Numbered from the stretch's first letter, positions 8,917 to 19,461 are shown. The stretch: 64,000 nt of DNA from Candidatus Heimdallarchaeota archaeon (GCA_016840095.1 JAEOSZ010000066.1:32001-96000); one strand, 5' to 3'. Notes: a model not told the origin generated them from the sequence alone. Numbers and translations are program-made.

Positions 8917-9546
8917 ATGACCAAAAGTATGTATAAGTATATTGGTGAGTTTTGGCGCAATCGAGATACTCCAGAGTTTAAGGAGTTGATGCGAAAGCGT
9001 ATTATTCAATGGAGAAGAGAGGGAGCTACTGAAAGAGTTGAAAAGCCAACAAGACTTGATAGAGCTAGAGCACTTGGATATAAGGCTAAACAGGGATACG
9101 TAATTGTTAGAGCAAAAGTTAGGAGAGGAGGAAGGAGAAAAAAGAGACCTGTAAGAGGAAGAAAATCTCGTAATATGGGTGTTAACAAAATAACTCCCAA
9201 GAAAAGTATCAAACTTATTGCCGAAGAAAGAGTTGCAAGAAAATATAGCAACCTTGAAGTTCTAAACTCTTATTGGGTAGGTCAAGATGGTAGACATAAA
9301 TTCTTCGAAATAATATTGATAGATCCTCAACATCCTGTAATTGCAAAAGATCCAAGAACAAGTTGGGTTTCAATTAAAGAATATCGTGGTGACGAAATAT
9401 TTTACCTCAAAAATCCAGTTCATAGAGGAAGAGTTCATAGAGGATTGACAAGTGCAGGTAAAAAATCAAGAGGACTTCGTACAAAAGGTATTGGTGCTGA
9501 AAAAGTCAGACCTTCTTTAAGAAGTCATGGACGAAGAGGCAACTAA
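8917..9546 (+). CDS. rpl15e: 50S ribosomal protein eL15
   Basis: [37 protein letters not shown] and [12 protein letters not shown] at 8917 follows the SD. Confidence 0.97.
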   Translation: MTKSMYKYIGEFWRNRDTPEFKELMRKRIIQWRREGATERVEKPTRLDRARALGYKAKQGYVIVRAKVRRGGRRKKRPVRGRKSRNMGVNKITPKKSIKLIAEERVARKYSNLEVLNSYWVGQDGRHKFFEIILIDPQHPVIAKDPRTSWVSIKEYRGDEIFYLKNPVHRGRVHRGLTSAGKKSRGLRTKGIGAEKVRPSLRSHGRRGN

Positions 9547-9598
9547 CCTTCTTTCTTTTCTTTATTTTTAGAAATATACAAGCAAATTAGGTAATAGG

Positions 9599-10060
9599 AT
9601 GGACATCACAATTAGCAAAATTGAATATAGTTTTTCAATTCATGCTACAGAGGATTTTGATAAAAACTTGGAAGCTTTAACGAATCTTATTCCAGAAGAA
9701 CTTATTCAGGAAACAGAGGTTGTTGTTGAAGAACTTGTAGGAGGATATGATAATCCTATTGAATATGTTTCAATCACTTTTAGTAATAAAAAACTAATAA
9801 ACAGAATTTTAGCCCACTTAGTAAATCAATTTTCAAAGGAACAAAAACAGCAGTTATTTACTGAATTCGAGGAAAGGTTTAACCAAGATAAGAAATCTTT
9901 TCATATTCGAATTGATAAGCAGGCAATGTTATCTAATCACCTTTCTGTGAGTTTAGGAACCAATATTATTAAAATAGAGATTAAATTGAGATCTTATATC
10001 AAAAATGTTGATTTCAAACAGTTTTTGATTGATAATGGTCTATTAATGAAAAACTATTAA
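9599..10060 (+). CDS. DUF54/COG1325 RNA-binding protein (exosome-superoperon associated)
   Basis: IHATED, GGYDNPI and RIDKQA motifs; usual position next to rpl15e. Confidence 0.85.
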   Translation: MDITISKIEYSFSIHATEDFDKNLEALTNLIPEELIQETEVVVEELVGGYDNPIEYVSITFSNKKLINRILAHLVNQFSKEQKQQLFTEFEERFNQDKKSFHIRIDKQAMLSNHLSVSLGTNIIKIEIKLRSYIKNVDFKQFLIDNGLLMKNY

Positions 10061-10117
10061 TTATTTGGCACAGCCACAAAGAATCAACTTATAATTTTAT
10101 ATCACTTATATAAGAGC

Positions 10118-12595
10118 ATGAAAAAGAAGTTAACCTTAGCAATATTATTCTTAATGTTAACATCAGTTTTATTTATTGATTTATCTACCTACAATCTTGC
10201 TAGTTATGAATCTAGCGCAGGTAATGATACAATATCTAGCGTTGATACTCCAGAATTTGATCATATATTTGGTCCTCCTGGTCATGTTGCATTGGCAATA
10301 TCAGAAGAAGATAATCTGATTTTTACAAATGCTCCAGAAGGTTTAGCACTAATACAATTAGATGATTTAACCAATCAAACGGTCTATAAGGATGAGATAG
10401 GTTTAACTGATGTCCAAATTCAGAATATAGAAATTGATAAAGATCTTAAATTGTTGTACATAGGTTCACTACAAGGAGTAGATATTGTTAACTATTCCGT
10501 TACACCACTTTCGGCTACTCCAATTCTAACAGGAGTTGCAACAAATTTTGAATTGGGTGATTTTATAGATGTAGATCCCTATACTCACTATGTATGGATT
10601 GTTACACAGTCTCATGGATTGATTGTTTATGATCCAATCACTGATAGACAATTAGACATTAGCGGATATAATCCTCCTGCTCCAAGTGTAAAAATGCTTA
10701 CAGTTGATGCTAATTCTTCAGAATCTTACGTATTTATTGGTACATCTGTTGGAGTCTTTGAAATCGATATTTCGGAAAATACTACCAGATGGTATACAAA
10801 AAGTGATGGACTTCCTAATGACTATTCTAGACTTGTTAAATACTATCCAATCCTAGGAAAAATCTTTGTCGCAACATTTAATGAAACAACAAACATCTGT
10901 GATGGTATAAGTGTAATTTTTCCAGATAATGATACAATTATAACTTACCCCTATACTCAAACACCATACTATTCTAGATCATTTCTTGATTTAGTGTGTG
11001 ATACTGAAGCGAAATTGGGTTTTGCAGTATCTCCTTATACCACAAATGCAGAATCTGGTCTATTAGTTTTTAATACAACAAGTATGGAAGCTGTAGCTAA
11101 ATCATATTATGGCTCTGGATCAGGATATCCACTAACCACTGTGACAGGAGCACCTTACCCTATCGAAAGCTTGCTTGCATCTATACGATTAGATTCAGTT
11201 ACAAGAAAACTTATCGTTGGAACAGTTCAAAGAATACAAAAAATCGATTATACTGCTCCTAGTACAGCTATTACTGAACAATCAGACATATTAGGTCTAG
11301 CACATAACATGGCAACCGATATTAATTATGATCCAGTTGATGGATACGCATATGTTTCTACTCTATTAGGTTTGGATAGAATCAACACAACAGATCCTAA
11401 TCGATTAAATCCTCTTTCAGTAGAACATCTTATTTCAGGAATTGGTGGTGCTGGAGGAGATACAGCTGGAGAACTGCTTGTAAATGCACGACTTATGTTC
11501 CACCATAGATACATGTATGACATTGATACAAGTACTACTACAAATATTGAATCCATACTTCCATTAAGTGAATATAGATACGTTTCAGATATATCTTCAT
11601 CATACAATGAAAGTTTGATTTATTATTCAATTGCATCTCAAAATGCAGGTGTAGGTGGGAATGGTTCTATGATTGTTTATAACTGGGAACTAGGCACATA
11701 TTATGTTGAAAACTTCACTGAAGAAATTACACAGTTAGAAGTAAATTCCATTTTACAAGATCCAGATAAAGACGTTCTCTATGTGGCTACTAATACAGGA
11801 TTAATCCTCTATAACCTTACAAGTCTCTCAGAAATTAAAAGATTTGGAGATGTTGAGAATTGGGAAATTCAATCACTCGAGTGGATTGAAGGAAAACTCT
11901 GGCTTGGCATGGAACCTTATCCAAATATAAGAATATTTGATCCAATTACTGAAAATATCATTGCTTGGGACAAAGCAGATCAAATCACAGCTCCTTCTAT
12001 TAATGACATCTTCTATCTTGATTCTAGAAATGAAACATACATTCTAGCAAACTCAGGTCTGTATGTATTTAATAGGACTAATCAAGTACTGAAAACTGAA
12101 AATGAAGCAGATGGACTATCTACATTATTAGTTCGTAGAATGGATTACATTCCAACTACTGATGAACCATGGATAGGTAGTTTACAAGGAATCAATATCT
12201 ATGATCCAAATTATGATGATAAAGTTCCTTCAGTTACTATAACATTCCCAAGTACCATAGTGTCCGGTCTGATAAATATAGACATAACTGGCGTGGATTA
12301 TGTTGGAATCAAGGAAATCAAAGTTAGAATGGAAAATGGTTCATGGTTCCAAGAATGGTCTATAGGTTCCAATTTTCTGCGAATAAATCTTGATACAACC
12401 CTGTATGAAAACGGCTATTATGATTTCATTGTTGATGTAACAGACTGGAATGATTTATCAACTCAAAGCACAACTGAAGATATTCTAATCAATAATGTCA
12501 TTGTAAATGAATTTAACACAACAACAATTCTAGTCATTCTACCTGCCATTATTGGTATAGGCGTATTATTCATAAGAAAACGTTTGAAGCGATAA
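10118..12595 (+). CDS. Secreted beta-propeller surface protein with Ig-like domain and C-terminal membrane anchor
   Basis: Signal peptide, Reg_prop-like repeats (DGLPND, GLAHN, DGLST), many N-x-S/T sequons, and an NEF-TM-RKRLKR tail. Confidence 0.8.
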   Translation: MKKKLTLAILFLMLTSVLFIDLSTYNLASYESSAGNDTISSVDTPEFDHIFGPPGHVALAISEEDNLIFTNAPEGLALIQLDDLTNQTVYKDEIGLTDVQIQNIEIDKDLKLLYIGSLQGVDIVNYSVTPLSATPILTGVATNFELGDFIDVDPYTHYVWIVTQSHGLIVYDPITDRQLDISGYNPPAPSVKMLTVDANSSESYVFIGTSVGVFEIDISENTTRWYTKSDGLPNDYSRLVKYYPILGKIFVATFNETTNICDGISVIFPDNDTIITYPYTQTPYYSRSFLDLVCDTEAKLGFAVSPYTTNAESGLLVFNTTSMEAVAKSYYGSGSGYPLTTVTGAPYPIESLLASIRLDSVTRKLIVGTVQRIQKIDYTAPSTAITEQSDILGLAHNMATDINYDPVDGYAYVSTLLGLDRINTTDPNRLNPLSVEHLISGIGGAGGDTAGELLVNARLMFHHRYMYDIDTSTTTNIESILPLSEYRYVSDISSSYNESLIYYSIASQNAGVGGNGSMIVYNWELGTYYVENFTEEITQLEVNSILQDPDKDVLYVATNTGLILYNLTSLSEIKRFGDVENWEIQSLEWIEGKLWLGMEPYPNIRIFDPITENIIAWDKADQITAPSINDIFYLDSRNETYILANSGLYVFNRTNQVLKTENEADGLSTLLVRRMDYIPTTDEPWIGSLQGINIYDPNYDDKVPSVTITFPSTIVSGLINIDITGVDYVGIKEIKVRMENGSWFQEWSIGSNFLRINLDTTLYENGYYDFIVDVTDWNDLSTQSTTEDILINNVIVNEFNTTTILVILPAIIGIGVLFIRKRLKR

Positions 12596-12795
12596 TTTTC
12601 TTCTCTTTCCTTCCTTTTTTTAAAAAACTTGTATTTAAGTAGTTGACAGAAAGTTTTTAAAATGTAGAAACGAGAAAAATAACGAGCACGAGGAATTAGG
12701 ATGGATCGCGAAATTCGCTAAAAAGAAACTTTTTTTTATATATCCTTGTAGCGTGCCTTATATATTTCTGAAAAAACATTTTGGAGTAGATTATA

Positions 12796-15700
12796 GTGGA
12801 TAACGAGAAACAAGTATTTGAGTCAGTTAAAGCTTTACCTTCATTTTCTAAAGACGAGGAAGAAACATTGACTTTCTGGGAAGAAAATAAGGTATTTGAT
12901 AAACTAAGAGAGATGAGAAAAGGAAGCCCGTTATTTAAATGGTTAGAGGGCCCTCCAACTGCAAATGGTCTCCCTCACATTGGACATGCTTTAACTCGAG
13001 CAATCAAAGATGTATTTCTTAGACATAAGTCAATGCACGGATTTGAAGTTGTACCTTGGGTTGCAGGATGGGATTGTCATGGACTTCCTGTCGAACTAGA
13101 AGTAGAAAAAACTCTTGGATTTACAGACAAAAGCCAAATTGAAGAATTTGGAATGGTAAACTTCAATGCAGAATGTAGAAAATCTGTTTTCAAATATGTT
13201 AAAGAATGGCGTGAGATGTCTGAACGCATAGGTTTCTGGGTTGATTTCGAAAACAGATATGCTACTCTAGATGAAAACTATGTTGAAAGCGTTTGGTGGT
13301 CATTGAAGGAGATAGACAAAAAAGGGTTGCTATACTTAGGATATAAAGTAGTTCCCTATTGTCCAAGATGTGGAACTCCACTATCTTCTCATGAAGTAGG
13401 ACAAGGGATGATGGAAACAACAGACCCCTCAGTTTTTGTTAAAATAAAAGCAGAAGGTTTTGAAGATACATACTATCTAGTTTGGACAACTACACCATGG
13501 ACACTAATATCAAATGTTTGTATAACAGTACACCCAGATATTGATTACGTTCAAGTAGAATATAATGGAGAAAAATTGATTCTAGCTGAGAAGAAAGCAG
13601 ATGAACTTCTAGAAACATATGCCGTTCTACAAAAATTCAAAGGAAAAGATCTGGAATATAAAAAATATGAACAACTTTTCCAATATATAGTACCTGAAGA
13701 AGATGCTTTCTATGTAACTCTTGCAAATTATGTAACCACAGATGAAGGAACAGGTATTGTTCATTCCGCCCCAGCTTTTGGAGAGGATGATGCTGAAATT
13801 GGAAAACAGTATGGATTACCTGTAATGAATCCAGTTCTAGAAGATGGAAGTTTCTCAGATGAAATTGTAGATTTTGCAGGTTTATTTGTTAAAGATGCAG
13901 ATCCCAAAATAATGGATAACCTAAAGGAAAGAGGTTTGCTTTTCAAGAAAGGAGTGTATAAACACATATATCCGTTCTGTTATCGTTGTGATGGTCCGCT
14001 TCTGTATTATTCTACAGAAACATGGTACATTGAAATGTCTAAAATGCGAGATAGATTAGTAGCAAACAATGACCTAGTAAGATGGCAACCTGCACATCTC
14101 AAGAAAGGTAGATTTGGAAACTTCATCGAAGAAGTAAGAGATTGGGCACTTTCTCGAAATAGATTTTGGGGAAGCCCACTTCCAATATGGTTATGCGAAG
14201 ACAATCATAAAACAGTTATTGGTAGTAGAAAGGAACTAGAAGAATTATATGGTAAACCTCTAGCTAAAGACTTCAGTTTACATAGACCTTGGGTAGATGA
14301 AATAACCTTTGACTGTCCTGAGTGTCAGAAGAAAGCTGAAAGAGTGCCATATGTTATAGATTGTTGGTATGATGCAGGAAGTGCACCTTTTGCTCAATAT
14401 CATTATCCATTTGAGAATAAAGAATTGTTTGACAAGCATTTCCCATATGATTTCATAACAGAAGCAATAGACCAAACAAGAGGTTGGTTTTACACTCTTC
14501 TAGCAATAAGCACAGTTCTATTCGATAAACCAGCTTATCTAAACTGTTTAACTATGGGACATACATTAGATGCTAAAGGAAAGAAAATGAGTAAAAGCAA
14601 GGGGAACATGATCCGCGCTAATGAAGTTATACCAGAATATGGCGCAGATGCTGTGAGATGGTTCCTATATTCATACCCTACATGGAACAGTGTGAGAGTT
14701 GATCCTGAGCAAATATACGAAACAATGAAGAAATTCATACTTACACTCTGGAACAGTTATAGTTTCTTTGTATCAAATGCTAATGTGGATAATTTTGATC
14801 CTAAAACATTCAATGTTCCGTTAAACGAGAGACCAGAACTCGATAAATGGTTAATAAGTGAAGTTAATTATTTAGCAAAAACCATAGATGATGCATTAGA
14901 AAACATGACTGTACATATAGCAGCTCAAGCTTTTGAGAAATTCGTCATTGATAAATTCAGTAATTGGTATCTTCGACAATCTCGTAGAAGGTTCTGGAGA
15001 GGAGAACTGGACACAGATAAGAAATCTGCTTATGTAACAACATATGAAGTATTAGTAAAACTATCTAAGATGTTAGCTCCTTTCATTCCTTTCATCTCTG
15101 AGAAATTACATCAGAATTTGGTAAGAAGACTAGATTCTGAAGCTGCTTTAAGTGTGCATTTCCTTGATTATCCAACCATAAATAAAAAGGAAGTAGATGC
15201 CAATCTTTCAAGGGATATGAATAAAGTACTTTCGCTAGTTACAGCAGGAAGAAGTATACGATCCTCAGCAAATATAAAATTGAGACAACCTCTTTCTGAA
15301 CTCATATTGATATCTCCTCTTGGAAAGAAGGATTTGATAGAGAAATATGAGGAAGTCTTCAAGGAAGAACTGAATGTAAAGAAGATAACTCTTAGCAAAA
15401 GCTCTGAAGAACTGGTAAATTATACAATAAAACCAAATTTCAAGGTATTAGCTCCCAAAGTCAAATCAGCTGTTAAAGGAATAGGAAAGGAACTAGAAAA
15501 ACTAGATTCTGACAAGACCAAGGAGTATGTTGAAATGTTAGCAAAAGGTGAATCAATAGTTATAACAGCAGATGATACAGAGTTTCAACTCACTCCAGAC
15601 GACCTGGAATACAGAATAGAGGTTCACGAAGGATTTGCAGGTGAAGAAGCTGAAGGATACCTATTGCTTTTCAATTCAACAATTACTGATGACCTTAAAC

Positions 15701-15954
15701 AAGAAGGATATGTTAGAGATATAATCAGACGAGTTCAAACAATGAGAAAAGAACTGGATCTCGAATACACTCAGAAAATTGTTCTCTCTGTCGAAGTAGA
15801 TGAATTTGGAAAAGAAGCTCTAAAGAAATTTAAAGAGTACATCAAAGAGGAAACCCTAAGCAAAGAGATGGAATTCACAAAACCAAAGGAAGGACTGATC
15901 AAAGACTGGAAATTCGATGAGTTTGAGGTAACTATTGGAGTAAAACCTCTCTAA
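12796..15954 (+). CDS. ileS: Isoleucyl-tRNA synthetase (archaeal/eukaryotic type 2)
   Basis: GPPTANGLPHIGH, GWDCHGLP, WTTTPWTL, GTGIVH.AP, DWALSRNRFWG, DQTRGWF and KMSKS. Confidence 0.97.
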   Translation: MDNEKQVFESVKALPSFSKDEEETLTFWEENKVFDKLREMRKGSPLFKWLEGPPTANGLPHIGHALTRAIKDVFLRHKSMHGFEVVPWVAGWDCHGLPVELEVEKTLGFTDKSQIEEFGMVNFNAECRKSVFKYVKEWREMSERIGFWVDFENRYATLDENYVESVWWSLKEIDKKGLLYLGYKVVPYCPRCGTPLSSHEVGQGMMETTDPSVFVKIKAEGFEDTYYLVWTTTPWTLISNVCITVHPDIDYVQVEYNGEKLILAEKKADELLETYAVLQKFKGKDLEYKKYEQLFQYIVPEEDAFYVTLANYVTTDEGTGIVHSAPAFGEDDAEIGKQYGLPVMNPVLEDGSFSDEIVDFAGLFVKDADPKIMDNLKERGLLFKKGVYKHIYPFCYRCDGPLLYYSTETWYIEMSKMRDRLVANNDLVRWQPAHLKKGRFGNFIEEVRDWALSRNRFWGSPLPIWLCEDNHKTVIGSRKELEELYGKPLAKDFSLHRPWVDEITFDCPECQKKAERVPYVIDCWYDAGSAPFAQYHYPFENKELFDKHFPYDFITEAIDQTRGWFYTLLAISTVLFDKPAYLNCLTMGHTLDAKGKKMSKSKGNMIRANEVIPEYGADAVRWFLYSYPTWNSVRVDPEQIYETMKKFILTLWNSYSFFVSNANVDNFDPKTFNVPLNERPELDKWLISEVNYLAKTIDDALENMTVHIAAQAFEKFVIDKFSNWYLRQSRRRFWRGELDTDKKSAYVTTYEVLVKLSKMLAPFIPFISEKLHQNLVRRLDSEAALSVHFLDYPTINKKEVDANLSRDMNKVLSLVTAGRSIRSSANIKLRQPLSELILISPLGKKDLIEKYEEVFKEELNVKKITLSKSSEELVNYTIKPNFKVLAPKVKSAVKGIGKELEKLDSDKTKEYVEMLAKGESIVITADDTEFQLTPDDLEYRIEVHEGFAGEEAEGYLLLFNSTITDDLKQEGYVRDIIRRVQTMRKELDLEYTQKIVLSVEVDEFGKEALKKFKEYIKEETLSKEMEFTKPKEGLIKDWKFDEFEVTIGVKPL

Positions 15955-16017
15955 TATTTCTCTTTTTATTCAAACTCATTAAAAGTAATAAATAAAAACT
16001 TCAAAGTTAACAACAAT

Positions 16018-16077
16018 GTGGCGATGATTAAACCGTCCCAGACTGAAATGTGATGTTCTCACGACGATATGAGCCAC
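16018..16077 (+). ncRNA. Box C/D guide sRNA (predicted LSU rRNA Gm2251 and U2593 region, E. coli numbering)
   Basis: Terminal stem GTGGC/GCCAC; C box ATGATTA (16024), D' CTGA (16043), C' GTGATGT (16050), D ATGA (16069). Guides are complementary to conserved LSU rRNA CUGGGGCGGU and CGUCGUGAGA. Confidence 0.85.
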
Positions 16078-16164
16078 CATAATTTTTTCAATGGTTTTTA
16101 TTGTAGTATAAATAAGATTCAACAAATCATAAAAGTTAATTAGTTTCTGTTACCCCAGATAATT

Positions 16165-17748
16165 GTGATTAATCAAGATCCCAATTTTACGGAGATTCTA
16201 TATCATCAACCTGGTCATCTAAGAAGTGTTAATGTCATCAGGGAATTTGATGGTTATATCTTAACTGGAGGGCAAGATGGAAGAATCTGTATTTGGGATT
16301 TAGATTTAGAGAAAGAACTAGGATGTATTTTTGCGCATAACTCATCTATTTCAGATATTCAGAAGCTGGAAAATCTAAATTTAGTACTATCCACTGCTTT
16401 AGATTTAGATCTAAAAGCATGGTCATTAGTTGATTTTTCTAAAATAGAAAAACAAAAAGCCCACATATCTTCTATTATAGGAGCTAAACCTCTAAACGAT
16501 TTTATAATTTCTATAGGAAGAGATGAACGACTAAGAAAATGGAAAATTGAGAATGGAAATTTCAAACTTCTTGCAAATACGAAAATACTAACTATGCGTC
16601 AAATACTCTCTTTGGATGACAGAATATTGATTTCTTGTCAAGAAGGAGACAAGTTCATTCTGGATACTGAGAACCTCAAAGAAGAAACAACGCTTTTTGT
16701 AAATGATTCCAAAGTTATTAAAGCCATAAAAAAATCTTCAAAATATTTAAAGGAATTTGCAAATAAGGATCCCCATACCATACTTTTTCAATTATCTAGA
16801 AGAAATGGGTTCCCTGCAATATCCAGTACAATAACTAATGATCAATTCATATTGGGGCATGAATTTGGTTTCGTTTCTGTTTGGCAAAGAGATACTCTGA
16901 AATTATCTAAGGTTTTCTTTGTTCATGAAAAACACATTACTGGAATAGAAATATTGGATAATGTTCTCTATACAATTTCATTAGATTCAACAATCTCTAC
17001 GTTTGATATAGAATCACAAAAACCCATTAAATCTTTCAAGTTAAAATCAAAACCATTATCACTACTAAAGACATCAAAAGAAGAATTTGTTGTAGGTTTA
17101 GAAACAGGTGAATTGTTGGTTTTTGACTCACAATTGGTCCATATCAATTCTCAAATGAATATAAAGTTGATATCTGGATCAGCAATAACCTCTGATAGTC
17201 TTGCCTTCGCATTAAATTCAGGAGATATTGTTTTATTAAATAGCGAAAATCTGGAGATTATAAAACAAAAGAAAATCCATGAGAAAAACATTCATGGACT
17301 TTTTTTCTATGATGGTAGATTGATTTCTGTTGGAGATGACAAACGAGTGGTTATATTAGATTCTAACCTAGATATCATCAAAGAAATCGAGTTTGAACAT
17401 AAAATTATCAACTCAAGACAAGTAAAGCATTATATTACTTTAAATTCCAATCATGTTTTAGATCTTCGGAAAGATGAGGTAATCAAGGGGGAAATATCAA
17501 AGGAAACAGAAGATGAGATGAAGAGAATTAATCCGCTAGATTATGAACTAGTAAAAGGGGATATTCGAATTAAAATAAACAACGATATTCTTCGAAAATT
17601 CACAAAAGATGAGCTAAATGAGATGTACAAAGGAAAAATTTGGGAATCACTGGAAAAACTCTCAAAAGCAAAGGTTAATTCATTTTATCTCCAGGAAAAC
17701 GAATTTTTTGTTATCTCAAAAAGATTGAAAACAACAGAAAAAGAATAA
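16165..17748 (+). CDS. WD40-repeat beta-propeller protein
   Basis: GH...LTGGQDGRICIWD, AH...DLDLKAWS, AH...DERLRKWK and further degenerate repeats. Confidence 0.85.
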   Translation: MINQDPNFTEILYHQPGHLRSVNVIREFDGYILTGGQDGRICIWDLDLEKELGCIFAHNSSISDIQKLENLNLVLSTALDLDLKAWSLVDFSKIEKQKAHISSIIGAKPLNDFIISIGRDERLRKWKIENGNFKLLANTKILTMRQILSLDDRILISCQEGDKFILDTENLKEETTLFVNDSKVIKAIKKSSKYLKEFANKDPHTILFQLSRRNGFPAISSTITNDQFILGHEFGFVSVWQRDTLKLSKVFFVHEKHITGIEILDNVLYTISLDSTISTFDIESQKPIKSFKLKSKPLSLLKTSKEEFVVGLETGELLVFDSQLVHINSQMNIKLISGSAITSDSLAFALNSGDIVLLNSENLEIIKQKKIHEKNIHGLFFYDGRLISVGDDKRVVILDSNLDIIKEIEFEHKIINSRQVKHYITLNSNHVLDLRKDEVIKGEISKETEDEMKRINPLDYELVKGDIRIKINNDILRKFTKDELNEMYKGKIWESLEKLSKAKVNSFYLQENEFFVISKRLKTTEKE

Positions 17749-17759
17749 GCAGTTAATTT

Positions 17760-18242
17760 TTACTTAATTTCATATTTCTCAAACTCAACATCAGATGAAT
17801 CCAACCAACCCGAACGTAGAATTGGATCTGAATATTCTTCAACGTAAATAACTTTTCTAATTCCAGCATTTATAATCGCCATTGTGCAATTTCCACAAGG
17901 TCTAGTTGTTGAGTAAAGAGTTGTACCTTCTGAACTTATCCCTGCTGTGGCGGCCTGGATTATTGCATTCAGTTCTGCATGAACAGCTGGACACACCTCA
18001 TTTTTTTCTCCAGATTTTTCGTATAGTTTTGTACAAGTCTTTTTTGTGCAATGATCTATTCCTCTAGGAACTCCATTATAGCCTGTAGATATAATCTGAT
18101 GTTTATCATTTACAAGTACTGCCCCTACTTGTCTTCTAATACATGTAGATCTTGTCTTAGCAATTTCTGCAATTCCTATAAAATACTCATCCCAAGAGGG
18201 TCTATTCAGTTCTTTAATCAAAGAATCATCTGTATTTTTCAT
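17760..18242 (-). CDS. dCMP deaminase (ComEB-like)
   Basis: RPSWDEYF, RSTC.RRQVGA, TGYNG, HAE.NAI and PCGNC. Confidence 0.93.
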   Translation of the reverse strand: MKNTDDSLIKELNRPSWDEYFIGIAEIAKTRSTCIRRQVGAVLVNDKHQIISTGYNGVPRGIDHCTKKTCTKLYEKSGEKNEVCPAVHAELNAIIQAATAGISSEGTTLYSTTRPCGNCTMAIINAGIRKVIYVEEYSDPILRSGWLDSSDVEFEKYEIK

Positions 18243-18289
18243 TCTAAATAAAATTTAATGTTAGATTTAATCAATATTTTTGTCTTGGT

Positions 18290-18616
18290 TTATGATTTCG
18301 AAAGATATTTCTTTGCTTTATTGATTACTCCACTCACATAAGAAGGATGAAGAAGGACATTTTTGTCATCTATTCTTGTAATAAGTGCTAAGATTGTAAG
18401 TAAGGAAGAGAGGGAATCATGCGAGCATCTAATTATTCCACTTTGTAAATTCTCATCAAAGTGTTCAAAATATAAGCCAGCGCTTGATGAACCAGAAATT
18501 CCATAGATCTTTTGATATGTTTGCCAGACTTTGGTCTTAATAGCTTGTAAATTAAAACTTGTTTCTTTAGCTATAATTGTGATAACTACATATCGATCTC
18601 TTGTTATGGTCACCAT
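18290..18616 (-). CDS. rnp2: RNase P protein Pop5/Rpp14
   Basis: RDRYV, YG..G and GIIRC...SGVINKA; adjacent to Rpp30. Confidence 0.85.
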   Translation of the reverse strand: MVTITRDRYVVITIIAKETSFNLQAIKTKVWQTYQKIYGISGSSSAGLYFEHFDENLQSGIIRCSHDSLSSLLTILALITRIDDKNVLLHPSYVSGVINKAKKYLSKS

Positions 18617-18618
18617 AA

Positions 18619-19461
18619 TTAAACCTCCTTTACACCTTCAAAAACTGAAGTATCATGTAATTTTATAATATTAGAAACTAGCTTAGAAAACTGATTCTCA
18701 AAAACAGAGTATTTGCTTTTATTGTATGAAATACCAAAAAGTTCACCTAAATATCTCATTTGAGATCCATTTCGCAAATGCAAAGGAGATAGTGGATTCA
18801 TTGAAAAAGTGAATGGAACATGACTTTGCTTTAGTAATTTTATTAGTTTTCTTCCGTTTCTTAATATAAGGCTAAGTTCCTTATCATCCTTTGAAGTTAA
18901 AAGGGCCGATAATGAGATTTCTAATAGCTTATCATTTTGTTTTATTAGAGAACATAAAGCTGAATCAATTGAGGAAGCATTTTCAAGAAGGTCAACAGAA
19001 ATAAAGTCTATTCTTCTATCTGTGGCAGCCCATTTCAGAATGTTTTTCTTGTTAGAACAAACACAAACTAGCTCATGTTGAAAACGTATTCCTGCTAGAT
19101 TCTTTTTTATTTCTTCTATACTTCTACTAGAAACATTTTTTCTAGTTACAATAATGTGCTGATTTGAATCCATATTTAACAAATATTTCTTAAATTTAAT
19201 TATGGTTTGTTCCAAATTATAACTTGTATCTATAATGGATTCATAGATACTTGTAAGAGAAAATAATTCAAAATCTGATTTGGTGTTTTCTTCAATTAAT
19301 TTATTCCTTTCAGTGATGGTTATTCCATTTACAACTACTATCGGAATATTAATCCTATGAGCAATTTCGATATAGTCCATTATTGAATAGCTGTCATTCA
19401 AAGATACATTACTTTCTATTGAAAGCTGCAATTTCTTAACAGTATTCACCATATCTAACAT
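18619..19461 (-). CDS. rnp3: RNase P protein Rpp30
   Basis: WAATDRRIDFI, LEISL and SPLHLR motifs; operonic with Pop5. Confidence 0.78.
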   Translation of the reverse strand: MLDMVNTVKKLQLSIESNVSLNDSYSIMDYIEIAHRINIPIVVVNGITITERNKLIEENTKSDFELFSLTSIYESIIDTSYNLEQTIIKFKKYLLNMDSNQHIIVTRKNVSSRSIEEIKKNLAGIRFQHELVCVCSNKKNILKWAATDRRIDFISVDLLENASSIDSALCSLIKQNDKLLEISLSALLTSKDDKELSLILRNGRKLIKLLKQSHVPFTFSMNPLSPLHLRNGSQMRYLGELFGISYNKSKYSVFENQFSKLVSNIIKLHDTSVFEGVKEV

